A stretch of DNA of 64,000 bases from Vulcanimicrobiota bacterium (GCA_963795855.1 CAWCIZ010000003.1:32001-96000), one strand, 5' to 3'. Counted from the first letter of the stretch, positions 50,519 through 61,599 are shown. Numbers and translations are program-made. The notes: generated from the letters alone by a model not told the origin.

Positions 50519-52194
50519 TCAGTGTGCCGCGGGAATGGGCGGCGGCGAGTCGGTGAGTTCTTCTTCGAGGCCGCGGTACGGCAGCGGCTCGGCGAAATCG
50601 TACGGAGCCGAGAACACCGACGGAACGTGTTTGAAGTTGTAGTACGGCATCGGCGAGGGAATCTGCCACTCGAGCGTACGCGCTTTCCATGGATTCGGCC
50701 CGGCCTTCTTACCGGCTTTCAGGCTGACGATCGCGTTGAGCATCGTGAGCAGAATCGAAGCGGTCATCACGAACGAAAACCACGATTCAATCTGGTTCCA
50801 CGTTTGGAACTGCGGATCGTACACCGCGTAGCGGCGCGGCATGCCCCAAAGCCCAAGCCAATGCATCGGCAAGAACGTGCCGTTCATGCCGATCATGTAC
50901 AGCCAGAAAGACCATTTGCCGGCCTTCTCACTCATCATGCGGCCAGTCATCTTCGGAAACCAGAAGTAGAGAGCCGCGAGCGCGCCCATAAGGCTGCCGC
51001 CCGCGATGACGTAGTGGAAGTGTGCGACGATGAAATACGTGCCGTGCGCGTGCAGATCGAACGGAACCGCGGCGAGGAACACGCCGGTTACGCCGCCGAT
51101 GGTGAAGAGCAGCAGGAAGCCGATCGCAGTACAGCATCGCCGTCGAAAATTCGAGAATGCCGCCGAAGAGCGTCGTCGTCCATGAGAAGATCTTCACGCC
51201 CGTCGGAATGGCGATCAGCATCGTGAGCACCATGAACGGCAATTGCAGCGTCGGCGCCATACCGGATGTGAACATGTGGTGCGCCCACACCATGAAGCCG
51301 AGAATCGCGATCGCGCACGACGAGAAGGCGATCATCTTGTAACCGAAGATCGGTTTGCGCGCGAACGTCGGAAAGACTTCGGAGATCATGCCGAAAGCCG
51401 GCAGAATCATGATGTACACGGCGGGATGCGAGTAGAACCAGAACATGTGCTGCCACAAGCAGCGGGCTGCCGCCTTTGGTCGGATCGAAGAACGGCACGC
51501 CGAACTCGCGTTGAATGAACAGCGCGGCCAGCGCGGCGCCGAGCGCCGTCGTCGCGATCATCAGCAGGGGCGCCGTGACGAACTGTCCCCAGACGAACAG
51601 CGGCATGCGCGTGAACGTCATGCCCGGCGCGCGCATTTTGAGAATCGTCACCAAGAAGTTGATGCCCGTCATCGTGGAGCCGATACCGACCAAAAACACC
51701 GCGGCGCACCACATCGACGTGCCGGGCCCGCCTTGCAGCGACATCGGCGGATACTCGGTCCATCCTGCGACCGGAGCGCCCATCAGGAACGACGAGTACA
51801 GCATGAGGCCCGCGACCGGGAAAATCCAATAGGCGACCATATTCAGCCACGGGAACGCGACGTCTCGCGCGCCGATTTGCACCGGCATGACGAGGTTCCC
51901 GAAGCCGCCCGTGAGCAGCGGAATGATGACGAACCATACCATCGTCGATCCGTGCATCGTGAAGACCGCGTTGTACGTGTCCGGCGTCATGAAGCCGCCG
52001 TTGGCCTTCATCAATTGCACGCGGATCAGTTCGGCAAGCGCACCGGCGAGCATCATGAAGATGCCCGCGGTGACGATGTATTGGATGCCGATGATCTTGT
52101 GATCGATCGAAAAGACGTACTTGCGGAGAAAGCCTTCGGGCTCGGGATGAATATGGTCGGCGAGGCCGCCCGAATGTACCGCTGCTACAGCCAT
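50519..52194 (-). CDS. ctaD: Cytochrome c oxidase subunit I (A2 type), frameshifts near 51460 and 51130
   Basis: DHKIIG, TMHG, WFYSHPAVY, VWAHHMF, VAHFHY, GMPRRY. Confidence 0.95.
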
Positions 52195-52222
52195 TTGTTC
52201 TTCATGGACTCCGTAAGTCGTG

Positions 52223-53340
52223 TCATTTGAGAGAGTTCAGGAACGCAACCAGATTCGCGATGTCTTTATCGGAAAGTGCGTTCGCAGTTTGGTTCGGCAT
52301 GGTGCCCATCGGGCCGTTGAAGCCGTTTTGCAGAATTTTGGCGACGTCGTCCGGCGTTGCTTTTTCTCCGTTCACTAAATTCGGATGGGCAGGATCGTGC
52401 AGCACGCCTTTGAGACCCGGGCCGACCACTTTTTGACTGAACGGCCCGAGCGCGTGGCACGCGGAACATTTCGTTTGGAACAACGCTTTGCCCGCGCCGG
52501 CGTCGCCGCCGGTCAGATTGACCGCAGCGCTGGACGCGACTTGCACCGCATCGCTGACGTTGGCGTTCGCTCGTTGCTGCGCGCCGTACCAGCTTTGTAT
52601 CTGCTCGGCGAGTCGATGTAGACGTAGGCGGCTCTGTCCTGTCCGACGCCGCTGCGCATTTCGCCGTGCAGCGTTCCGCAGAATTCGGTGCAGAGCAGTT
52701 CGTACTTTCCGACGCGCGTCGGCGTGAATACGAGCGTGTTGATGAGGCCCGGAACCATGTCCGCCTTCAGGCGCATCTCCGGAACCCAGAACGAGTGAAT
52801 GACGTCGTACGCAGAAACGTGCAGCGTCACCGGCTGCCCGAGCGGCAAGTGCATTTCCTTGACTTCGCCGTGGATGCCCGGGTAGCGGAACGTGTAATAC
52901 CACTGATGGCCGAGCGCCTCGACGACGAGCGTGTTGCCTTGCGCGTTCACGGGCTCGATTTGGAAGAACAGATTCACGCTGATGATCGCCAGCGCCAGAA
53001 CGTACAGCGCCGGGATCAGCGTCCACCAAAATTCGAGCCTGTGGTTGTCGTGAATCTGCAATCCGATTGCGTCGGACGCTTGATCCGGTTTGCGGCGGAA
53101 GCGAAACACGAAATAGAAGATGTAGCCGAACACTGCAACGAGCAACGCGGTGCCGGACGCGGCGAGGAAGCGGTACAGCAAATCGATTTGCCGCGCGCGA
53201 TCGACCGCTTCCGGCATCAAGCCGGTAATCGGTACGAACACCCAAAAGAGGATTGCGGCCAGGCCCAGCAGCACGATGACGGCCGTCGCGGTCCAGAACC
53301 CGCGATCCAGATGCACGACCGGATCTCTATTCTCTGCCAA
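52223..53340 (-). CDS. ctaC: Cytochrome c oxidase subunit II with C-terminal cytochrome c (caa3), frameshift near 52605
   Basis: DVIHSFW, CuA motif CTEFCGTLHGEM, then CSACH..MP. Confidence 0.9.
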
Positions 53341-53383
53341 CGTAACCCCGAAAAGTGCAAGCGATGTAAGAGGATGCTATTTG

Positions 53384-53389
53384 ACTATA
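53384..53389 (-). promoter_or_regulatory. Candidate -10 box (TATAGT) for the cox operon
   Basis: TANNNT in an AT-rich stretch about 43 nt upstream of the ctaC start. Confidence 0.35.
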
Positions 53390-53401
53390 GGGACCCGCGT
53401 C

Positions 53402-54091
53402 CTATGCCTGCGACGACTTAGGTAATTCCAGAGCAGCCGAGTAGCGGCTGACGAGCCACTCGGTATCGGTTATTGCCGTTCCAACCACGATTGCATCGGC
53501 TCCCGCCGCCAAGGCTTGCGCGCCGGCCTCCGGCGCATGAATGCCGCCCTCACAGATGACGAACGTCTCCAATTGAGCGAACGCCCGCACGAGATCGAGC
53601 GCGGGCAATGCGAAGCCGCGCGTTTCCTTTGTGTAACCGCAGAGCGTCGTGGCCAAGACATCCGCGCCCGCGGCGCGAGCGCAGACGCCGTCGTCGGCAA
53701 GGGCGCAATCCGCCATCGCGATCCCTCGGCCGCCGTGGATAGCCGCCACCAGATCCGCGATCTCGGCGCCGCCGGGATGCGGCCGCCCCGTCGCATCGAA
53801 CGCGACGATCTCCGCTCCGCAATCGAGTACTTCGCGCACCTCTCGCAGCGTCGGCGTGATATAGGGCTCGAATCCGTCGTACTCACGTTTGATGATGCCC
53901 ACGATCGGAACTTCGACGCGCTTTCGGACCGCTTGTAAGTTGCGCACGCCTTGAATGCGGACGGCGGCGGCTCCATTATCTTGCGCGGCCCGCGCCATCG
54001 CGGCAAGGACGTACGGATCGTCGAGTGCAGAGCCTGCGCGCGCCTGCACGGACACGATGAGGCCGCCGCGCAGCCGGTCCAATACCGTCAT
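53402..54091 (-). CDS. nanE: N-acetylmannosamine-6-phosphate 2-epimerase
   Basis: GLIVSVQA, PIVGIIKR, YITPT, AFDAT, MAD, TTLCGYT, EGGI, VVGTAIT. Confidence 0.92.
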   Translation of the reverse strand: MTVLDRLRGGLIVSVQARAGSALDDPYVLAAMARAAQDNGAAAVRIQGVRNLQAVRKRVEVPIVGIIKREYDGFEPYITPTLREVREVLDCGAEIVAFDATGRPHPGGAEIADLVAAIHGGRGIAMADCALADDGVCARAAGADVLATTLCGYTKETRGFALPALDLVRAFAQLETFVICEGGIHAPEAGAQALAAGADAIVVGTAITDTEWLVSRYSAALELPKSSQA

Positions 54092-54988
54092 GCTCGGCGA
54101 TACGCCAGCAGGAGGGCGCCTTCCGCTCCGTCGCGCCGCGCAGCGACGCGGTGAAGGCCGGGCACATTCTGCAGCGCTTCGTCGATCCAGCGCATCAACA
54201 GTGCGCTCTTGGTCAAGCCGCCGAGAAATGCGACCTCCGTTTCCTTCAAACCGCAGCGTTCCGCGGCGCGATTGGCGAGCAGCACCAAGTCCGCCGCCGC
54301 GTCGCGCACGTAGCTTGAAGCGCGTTCGCTTCCGTTTTGCGCCAAGTCGAGCAAAACCGGAGCAAACGACGCGAGATCGCGGCGCGAAAGCTGACCGGTG
54401 TAAAAAGCGCGGACGAGCGTTCGGAGTGACGTGTCCGAGAAATATCGCAGGATGGCGGGCGCGAGTTCGCTTTGCTCGCCGTTGTCCAGATCGCGCGCCG
54501 CATCGGCGATCGCATCGCGCGCGAACGCAAACGCACTCCCCTCGTCGCCGAACAGGTACCCCCATCCGCCGGCTAGCGCCGTTTGCCCGGCGGCGTTTCG
54601 CGCGTAGGCGACGGAGCCGGTACCTGCGATCACGATTGCGCCGGGACGTCCGTCGAGAGCGCCCGCATGCGCGATCACGGTGTCGTGAACGAGCTGCCAA
54701 GCGATCTGCGGGAAGCTCCGGCGCCGCACCGTAGACGTTGCCGTCGTAACCGCTTACTCCGGCAACGATCGCCTCAAAACGCGTCTCCGCGGGCAGTTGC
54801 GCGTTTCGAAGCGCGTCGAACAGCGCACCGCGAAGCGCGTCGCGCAAACGCGTGGACTCGCGACCTTGCGCGACTTCGTCCGCGGGGCCGGCGGCGCCCC
54901 GCGCCAGCACGCGTCCATTCTCGTCGCCGATCGCCGCCGACGTGGAACTCTGCCCGCCGTCGATGCCGGCGTAAAGCTTGCGGGTCAC
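54088..54988 (-). CDS. BadF/BadG-type N-acetylhexosamine kinase, frameshift near 54700
   Basis: GIDGGQSST, VIAGTGS, GGWGYLFGDEGS. Confidence 0.88.
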
Positions 54989-55300
54989 GCCGTAGGTTCG
55001 GCTCCGTCACAGAGCGCGCGGGCGAATTCGTTCGCGGACGTTTCGCGCACGGCGCGATTCGAGCTGATGCGCAATCTCGCCGCGATGTTCGCGATGATGA
55101 TACAACTCGTGCGCGATCGAAAAGACGATAAAGTCGCCGATCTCTTCCGCGGGCAGATTTTCGATGACGCGCTTGTTCAAGCGAATCACCGGGCCGTCCG
55201 GATCGTATTCCGAACGCAACTCGTCCATGCCCCAATCGCCGAGATCCGCGTAGTCGATTTCAACGCCGTAACGGCGGGCCAGTTCAAAAACCGGATGCAT
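54985..55300 (-). CDS. Minimal ImmA/IrrE-like HExxH zinc-binding protein; probable frameshift near the 3' end
   Basis: FSIAHELYH; ETSANEFA in the shifted frame, ending at a GTGA overlap with the kinase. Confidence 0.7.
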
Positions 55301-56659
55301 CAGAGCAGCACGCCGTCTTGGACGAGAGCGTCTCGCAAGCGCCGCGCGTCGATCGAGCGCAATCTTTCGCCGGTGCGCTTCGCAAGCGCGGCAGCCGTTC
55401 CGGCGGCTTGTCCGAGCGTCATCACGGTGGGCGTCAGCCGCGTGGATGCCAGCGCTTCATGCGTCGTCGAAATGCAACGCCCCGCGACCAGAAGCCCGTC
55501 GACGCGCGCAGGCACCATGCAGCGATAGGGAATCTCGTAGACTCTCGCCTTGCGGCAGGCGATGCGTGGTAGTGCCGCTCCCGGCCGGATTGTGGATGTC
55601 GATCGGATACGCGCTGCGCGCGACCGCATCGTCGAAGTGGCGCCCCTTCAAAACGTCGTCGCGCGTGAGCGTGTATTCGCCGACGATGCGCCGGGATTCG
55701 CGCACGCCGATTTGCGTGCCCGTCGCTGCGATGCGCGCGTTTTCGAAGCCCGGCACGCGATTGCGAAAGAATTCGAGCAGTTCCATCACCTGTCCGCGCG
55801 ACTCCACTTCGGCGCGCGTCAGATCGATCGGGTCGAGCGGGTCGATGTTCGTGACCCGCGTCATGTTCACGGTCACTTCGTCGGGATACGGCGAGATAAA
55901 GAACGAAACGAGTTCGCGCGGCACGCTGACCTCGCCATGCTCGAGAGCGTCGTTCCACAAATCGTACAAACCGGCGACGGCCGTCATCGCGGGTGCGAGA
56001 CGCTCGTGCGCTTTGAGCGAGGTTCGCATCTGATCGGGATGCATACGCACGTAGGTTGCGGTTTTCGAAAGATCGACGTGACTGAGGCGGAACATCAGAC
56101 TCGCCGGCTGCACGCGTCCCCGCTCGTCGCCTTGCTGCGTAGCCACGCCGGCGGACGCTGCAACGTACGCGTCCGCGGTCGAGTCGATCGTAAACGAAGC
56201 CCGATACTCGCGCTCCCCCGCGACCGTCGCAAATACCGCGCCTTCCACCGTTCCATCGGCGCCGACCAGCGCGCGCAAAAAATACGCATGCAGCAGCAGA
56301 TCGACGCCCGCTTCGCGCGTCATCTCGAACAGCAGCGCTTTGTGAATCTCGGGATCGAACGGCGTAATCGTCGCAACGTAATCCGACGAATCGTGCACGT
56401 GTCCCGGCGATCCGCCCTTGCGCTGAAGGCGTTCGACGATTTCCTGCGCGATGCCGCCGACGATTCGCTTGCTTCCGGAATGAAACGTCATCCACGGCCC
56501 CACCATTGCGGCGGTCGCGGTTCCTCCCAGGAAGCCGTAACGCTCTACCAGCAGCGTTTTTGCACCATGCCGCGCCGCGGCGATCGCGGCCGCGCATCCG
56601 GCGTTGCCGCCGCCCACCACCAGCACGTCGTACGCGCGCGCGCCATGCGATGCGATCAT
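55300..56659 (-). CDS. FAD-dependent oxidoreductase (FAD_oxidored family), frameshift near 55540
   Basis: DVLVVGGGNAG, ERYGFLGG, IDSTAD, GVRESRRI, YPIDIH, IPYRCMVP, AGRCIS, GQAAGTAA. Confidence 0.88.
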
Positions 56660-56725
56660 GCGCCTTGGTTGTAGACGCTTGTCCGGCAGGCCTTCCGCAG
56701 GCGCCGCGAAAACGGTGCGCGGTTC

Positions 56726-57442
56726 ATGTACAGTCAATCGTCCAAGTATTACGACGCGCTCTACGGTGCACTCGGAAAAGATTACGCGGCCGAATCGAAC
56801 CGCATCGTCGAGATCGTGACCGACCGATGCCGCTCGCGCGGCAACGCGCTTCTCGACGTCGCGTGCGGGACCGGCAAACACATCGAGCACTTGCGCGATC
56901 GATTCGAATGCGAAGGGCTTGACGTGTCGCGTTCGATGATCGAAATCGCACAGGAACGCAACCCAAGCGTGCCCTTTCATTTGGGCGACATGATCGGATT
57001 CAATCTCGCCAAGCGGTTCGACGTCGTACTATGCATGTTCGGCGCGATTGCATACGCGCCCAATGCACAGCGCTTGGATCAAACGCTCCAAACCTTCGCG
57101 CGCCATCTCAAGCCGGGCGGCGTGGTGCTGGTCGAACCTTGGGTGCGGCCGGAAGACTGGCGGGACGGTGCCGTCCACGCGCTTTTCGTCGACGAGCCCG
57201 ATTTAAAAGTGGCGCGCATGAGCGTCAGCCGCCGCGACGCCAACGTCTCCGTGCTGCATTTCCACTATATGGTGGCTTCGCGCGACGGCATCCGCACGTT
57301 CACAGAGCCGCATCGCCTGACGCTGTTTACGACCGACGAGTACCGCAATGCGTTCCGCAAAGCGGGCTTGTTCGTCGAATTCGAAGAGCGCGGGTTTTCC
57401 GGCCGCGGACTGTACGTCGGCTTCTCTCGTGCCGAGTCGTAG
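56726..57442 (+). CDS. Class I SAM methyltransferase, TylM1/DesVI-like
   Basis: GKDYAAE, LLDVACGTG, CMFGAIAY, HLKPGGVVLVEPW, LFTTDEY..AF..AGL, GRGLYVG. Confidence 0.85.
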   Translation: MYSQSSKYYDALYGALGKDYAAESNRIVEIVTDRCRSRGNALLDVACGTGKHIEHLRDRFECEGLDVSRSMIEIAQERNPSVPFHLGDMIGFNLAKRFDVVLCMFGAIAYAPNAQRLDQTLQTFARHLKPGGVVLVEPWVRPEDWRDGAVHALFVDEPDLKVARMSVSRRDANVSVLHFHYMVASRDGIRTFTEPHRLTLFTTDEYRNAFRKAGLFVEFEERGFSGRGLYVGFSRAES

Positions 57443-57510
57443 GCACGGTAAGACTTTTGGCGCACGAAAACCAGGGAGACGCCAGGCAAAGGTAAATTTC
57501 CGGCCCTACT

Positions 57511-59004
57511 ATGCTTTCACGTGTGAAGCCGCTCGCGACAATCCTCGCAGAGGGCACCAACCAAGAGCACGGGCTGAGGCGATCGCTGGGGCCCTGGGCG
57601 CTAACCGCCATGGGCATCGGCGCGATCATCGGTACCGGCATTTTCGTGCTGACGGGTGTTGCTTCGGCGACTCGAGCCGGCCCGTCGCTCACCATCTCCT
57701 TCGTCGTCGCGGGTATCGTCAGCGCTCTCGCCGCGCTCTGCTATGCGGAAGTCTCCAGCAAGATTCCGATTTCCGGCAGCGCGTACACGTATACGTACGC
57801 GACGCTCGGTGAATTTTTCGCATGGATTGTCGGATGGGGCCTCGTGCTCGAATACGCGCTCGGTGCCTCGACCGTAAGCGTTGGGTGGTCCGGGTACTTC
57901 ACGAACATTCTTCAGACGCTCTTTCACGTGACGATTCCGCAGATGTGGCAGCACAGCCACTGGGATGCAACGCCCGGCATCGCAAATCTCCCCGCCGCGG
58001 GCATCATCTTACTCGTTACGGCCTTGCTGGTGAAGGGCACGCGTGAGTCCGGAACGGTGAACGCCGTCATCGTCGCGATCAAAGTTGCGATCGTGCTGTT
58101 CTTCATCGTGATCGGCGTGCAGCACCTGAACTTCGCGAATTATCACCTGCCGCCCGGACCCACGACCGGCCTTGGCGGATACTTCCCGTTCGGCTGGGGA
58201 GGCACGCTCGGCGGTGCGGCCTTCATGTTCTTCGCCTATATCGGCTTCGATGCGGTTTCGACGACGGCCGAAGAGGCGCGGAATCCCGGCAAAGACTTGC
58301 CGTTCGGCATCCTCATGAGCTTGGCGATCTGCACGGTGTTGTACCTCGTCGTCGCCGCCATTCTGGACGCGATGGTGCCGTTCAACCAATTGAACGTCGC
58401 GTTCCCGGTCGCATTCGCCGTAAACAGCGTGGGACTTCAGTGGGCGGGAATCATCATCTCGTTCGGCGCGATCGCCGGTCTGACGACCGTACTGCTGGTT
58501 ATGATGTACGGGCAGACGCGCATTTTCTATGCGATGTCGCGCGACAAACTGATTCCGCCGATGTTCGTGCGGATTCACCCCGCATGGCGGACACCGTGGG
58601 TTTCGCAGATCGTGTTCGGCCTGCTCATTGCCGCGGCCGGTGCGTTCTTCCCGATCGGGATTCTCGGATCGCTCACGAACATGGGAACCTTCGTCGCATT
58701 CATCCTGGTCGCGATATCGGTGCCCATCTTGCGGGCGCGCCATCCCGAATTGACGGGAAAATTTACGATTCCCGGAGGTCCGCTCTTGATTCCGGTGCTG
58801 GCGGCGGCCTCCGCGCTGATCATGATCTATTTCCTGAAGGAAGGCAATCCGGTCTTGTGGGGATTTTTCCCGCTCGTTTGGTTCGCGTTTCTCGTCTGGC
58901 TCGTGACGGGCCTCATCTTCTACTTCTGTTACGGCAGACGGAAGAGCACCGTCGCGCTGCAGATGTCGGAAGGCTTGGCGCCCGTGCAGCCGCGCGTGAA
59001 CTAA
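57511..59004 (+). CDS. APC amino acid permease
   Basis: GIGAIIGTGIF, GSAYTYTYATLGE, FFAYIGFD, EEARNP, MSRD. Confidence 0.93.
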   Translation: MLSRVKPLATILAEGTNQEHGLRRSLGPWALTAMGIGAIIGTGIFVLTGVASATRAGPSLTISFVVAGIVSALAALCYAEVSSKIPISGSAYTYTYATLGEFFAWIVGWGLVLEYALGASTVSVGWSGYFTNILQTLFHVTIPQMWQHSHWDATPGIANLPAAGIILLVTALLVKGTRESGTVNAVIVAIKVAIVLFFIVIGVQHLNFANYHLPPGPTTGLGGYFPFGWGGTLGGAAFMFFAYIGFDAVSTTAEEARNPGKDLPFGILMSLAICTVLYLVVAAILDAMVPFNQLNVAFPVAFAVNSVGLQWAGIIISFGAIAGLTTVLLVMMYGQTRIFYAMSRDKLIPPMFVRIHPAWRTPWVSQIVFGLLIAAAGAFFPIGILGSLTNMGTFVAFILVAISVPILRARHPELTGKFTIPGGPLLIPVLAAASALIMIYFLKEGNPVLWGFFPLVWFAFLVWLVTGLIFYFCYGRRKSTVALQMSEGLAPVQPRVN

Positions 59005-59020
59005 GTCAACGAAACAATCG

Positions 59021-59050
59021 AAAAGGCCGCGAGCGTTCGCGGCCTTTTTT
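59021..59050. terminator. Bidirectional intrinsic terminator
   Basis: AAAAGGCCGCGA-GCGT-TCGCGGCCTTTTTT between convergent genes. Confidence 0.85.
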
Positions 59051-59415
59051 TACGACTTTCCGATGCGCCGATTCAGTTCGGCCGCGAAGACGTCGGGATC
59101 CTGATCGCGATCGAGTTGCACGATGACGGATTTGTACCATTCGTGCTGCGTTTCGAGCACCAAACAATTGTGCCCGTCCGCGTAATCCAAAAAAGCCATA
59201 CCGCCCGGCATGAAGTACGTTCCGGCCATTTTGAGCCCGGGCGCGTCGGTCCCCGCGACCTTGCGCCAAAAGTGCTTCCAGGCGCTTTCGTCCTCGACGT
59301 GCGCGAGCGTAACGTGTGCGAGCGGAATGGTGAGCGACCCGTGCAAAGACCACACCTTGTCCATAGTGGACAGCCGCACTTGAACGTTGTTGTTCTCAAT
59401 CGCAATGCGTGCCAT
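59050..59415 (-). CDS. Hypothetical protein (possibly PH-like)
   Basis: LHGSLTIPL..GTDAPG..AGTY; protein-like composition. Confidence 0.65.
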   Translation of the reverse strand: MARIAIENNNVQVRLSTMDKVWSLHGSLTIPLAHVTLAHVEDESAWKHFWRKVAGTDAPGLKMAGTYFMPGGMAFLDYADGHNCLVLETQHEWYKSVIVQLDRDQDPDVFAAELNRRIGKS

Positions 59416-59445
59416 GCACTCTTCTACTCGGCGAATCGCCCGGAG

Positions 59446-61599
59446 TTACGCTGGACGGGAGGCGGTCAGAATGACGACCGGCGCGTCGGGGCTGCGTCCG
59501 GCCAATTCTTCTTCGGCGAGCGCGGCTGCCTGTTCCGCGGAAGCCAGACCGCTGAAATCCGCAATCCGCGCGCCGTGCAGTACGTAAATATCAGGCAGCG
59601 CGCGTCCGACGTCGCCGAACGCAGTTGCCGCTTCCACGGCGCCGCGCAAATCATCCAAGGCGGAAGCAGCGCGCGTTTGCCGCACGAATGCCCCGCGCAA
59701 TGCCAGTCGCCCGACGCCCGTGCGATCGAGCACGCGCAAGTCGCGAACCATGCGAGCTCGGCCGAAACGGGGACGCACCGTTCGAACGCGCTCGAACACC
59801 GTTAATCCATCCGTTGCAGCAACGCGCGCGATCTGCGCGGCATCTGAGCGCAGCAGCGCGGCTGCGGCGGCGAGCAGCGCAGCACCATCGGCGATACGGT
59901 GCGCGGCGCTTTCCGCAAGTTCGCTCGCACCCGAGGCGGTCGCGCGCACGATGTTGCGCTGCGTGTCGATCTCGACCGCAACCTCCACCCGCTCGGGCGA
60001 AGCGCCGGCCGCAACGACCGCATCTTGCGCCTCCCTGCGAATGCGCACGATGTCGTCGGGCGACGGATCGACGATCGTCCGCTCCACGGACTCGCGCACG
60101 AGGGCGAGCGCGACGCCGATCGGCGAAATCACTTCCGCATCGCGCGCCAGACGAAACTCCACGCCGCTGCGCTCGGCAACGAACGGGACGAGCGCTGCCG
60201 CACCGCCGCCGCCGCCGACCACGACCAGCGTTTCGCGATCGAGCTCGTAATCCGCGATGAGTTCCTCGACTGCGGCGATGACTTTCAAGGACGCAATGTC
60301 GAGCAAGTCGCGTGCAAGGCGCTCCGGATCGCCGCTCAAATGCCGCGCGAGCACTTCGAAGCCGCGTCGCGCTGCCTGCGCGTTGCCGCGCGCGAATGCG
60401 TGTTCCGGCACGTAACCCAGCAGGTTCGACGCGCACGTCGGCGTGAGCGCGATCCGCGTACCGTCGCGAGCGAGGATCGCTGCGTAATCCTGCGGATCGT
60501 GAGCCGTCGGGCGAACGTGCTCGACGCTCGCGCCCTCGAAGACTTCGGGCTCGACGAAACTCGCGTACTTCATGCCGGCGATGTGAGCCGATCGCGGGCC
60601 GACGTCGACGATGTTGCGGTCGTTTATGCGGATCATGCTGCCGCCCGCAATCCCGAGCGTTCGCACGTCGAGCGTTCGCAGCATCGTTCGATGTCCGCCG
60701 ACCCGAGCCGGCCGCATCTGCGGCATGCCGGCGCGAATAGCGGAACAATCCGCGCTGGTGCCGCCGACCTCGATGAAGATCCCGTCGGTGACGTTCTCGT
60801 GCAGCAAGGCGCCGGCGACGCCGGCTGCCGGGCCGGAAAGCAACGTTAGAATCGGCCGCCGCTCCATTTCGCGAACGTCCATCACGCCGCCGTCGCTGCG
60901 CATAACCATGAGCGGCGCGGAGATCGCCGCGCGTTTCACCGCATCGCCGGTCATGCGCGCGGTGCGCACCATTTTCGGAAGAATTGCGGCGTTGAGCGCC
61001 GCCGTTCGCGTTCGCGCACGCAAACCGTACATCGAACTGACCTCGTGTCCCGCGGTCGCGAAGAGCCCGAGTTCGCGCGCCGTTGCCGCGACCGCCGTTT
61101 CGCCATCCGGACGATCCACTGAAAACGCTTGCGATACCGCAATTGCTTGCGCGCCCGCGCCGCGAAGACGTTCCAGCGCTTCGTGCGCTGCATCGGGGCT
61201 GTGGGCGAAGGCGAATTGCGCTTCGAAGGGTACGCCGGGCGCAAGCTGCAAACGCGGAAAGCGCATCTGAAAGCGCGCGAGGCGTCCCAAACCGTTCAGC
61301 AGGCCCAACACGCCGACGTTTGCGACATCGCCTTCGAGCAATGCATTCGTCGCCTGAGTGGTCGAATGCGCGATGAACGCGACGTCCTCCGCGGCGACGC
61401 CGCTCTTCTCGAAGATCGCCTCGATGCCGCCGATAATGCCTGCCGCAACGCCTTCCGGCGCCGTATGCGTGGTCGGAACCTTCACACGCGCAACCACTTC
61501 GCGTGACTCCGCGTCGATGGCGACGACGTCGGTAAACGTTCCGCCGACGTCGATTCCCAAACGGAGCCGGCGAATGGCTTGGCGCCGGTTAGGCGACAT
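59446..61599 (-). CDS. Hydantoinase A/oxoprolinase family ATP-dependent protein
   Basis: GIDVGGTFTD, HSTTQATNALLEG, SGPAAG, EVGGTS, AGGS, VGPRSA. Confidence 0.9.
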   Translation of the reverse strand: MSPNRRQAIRRLRLGIDVGGTFTDVVAIDAESREVVARVKVPTTHTAPEGVAAGIIGGIEAIFEKSGVAAEDVAFIAHSTTQATNALLEGDVANVGVLGLLNGLGRLARFQMRFPRLQLAPGVPFEAQFAFAHSPDAAHEALERLRGAGAQAIAVSQAFSVDRPDGETAVAATARELGLFATAGHEVSSMYGLRARTRTAALNAAILPKMVRTARMTGDAVKRAAISAPLMVMRSDGGVMDVREMERRPILTLLSGPAAGVAGALLHENVTDGIFIEVGGTSADCSAIRAGMPQMRPARVGGHRTMLRTLDVRTLGIAGGSMIRINDRNIVDVGPRSAHIAGMKYASFVEPEVFEGASVEHVRPTAHDPQDYAAILARDGTRIALTPTCASNLLGYVPEHAFARGNAQAARRGFEVLARHLSGDPERLARDLLDIASLKVIAAVEELIADYELDRETLVVVGGGGGAAALVPFVAERSGVEFRLARDAEVISPIGVALALVRESVERTIVDPSPDDIVRIRREAQDAVVAAGASPERVEVAVEIDTQRNIVRATASGASELAESAAHRIADGAALLAAAAALLRSDAAQIARVAATDGLTVFERVRTVRPRFGRARMVRDLRVLDRTGVGRLALRGAFVRQTRAASALDDLRGAVEAATAFGDVGRALPDIYVLHGARIADFSGLASAEQAAALAEEELAGRSPDAPVVILTASRPA

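Noticed and set aside
53402..54988. 528-aa kinase-NanE fusion ORF
   Set aside because: The middle is out-of-frame kinase sequence; the real kinase C-terminus ends at 54088, overlapping the nanE ATG.
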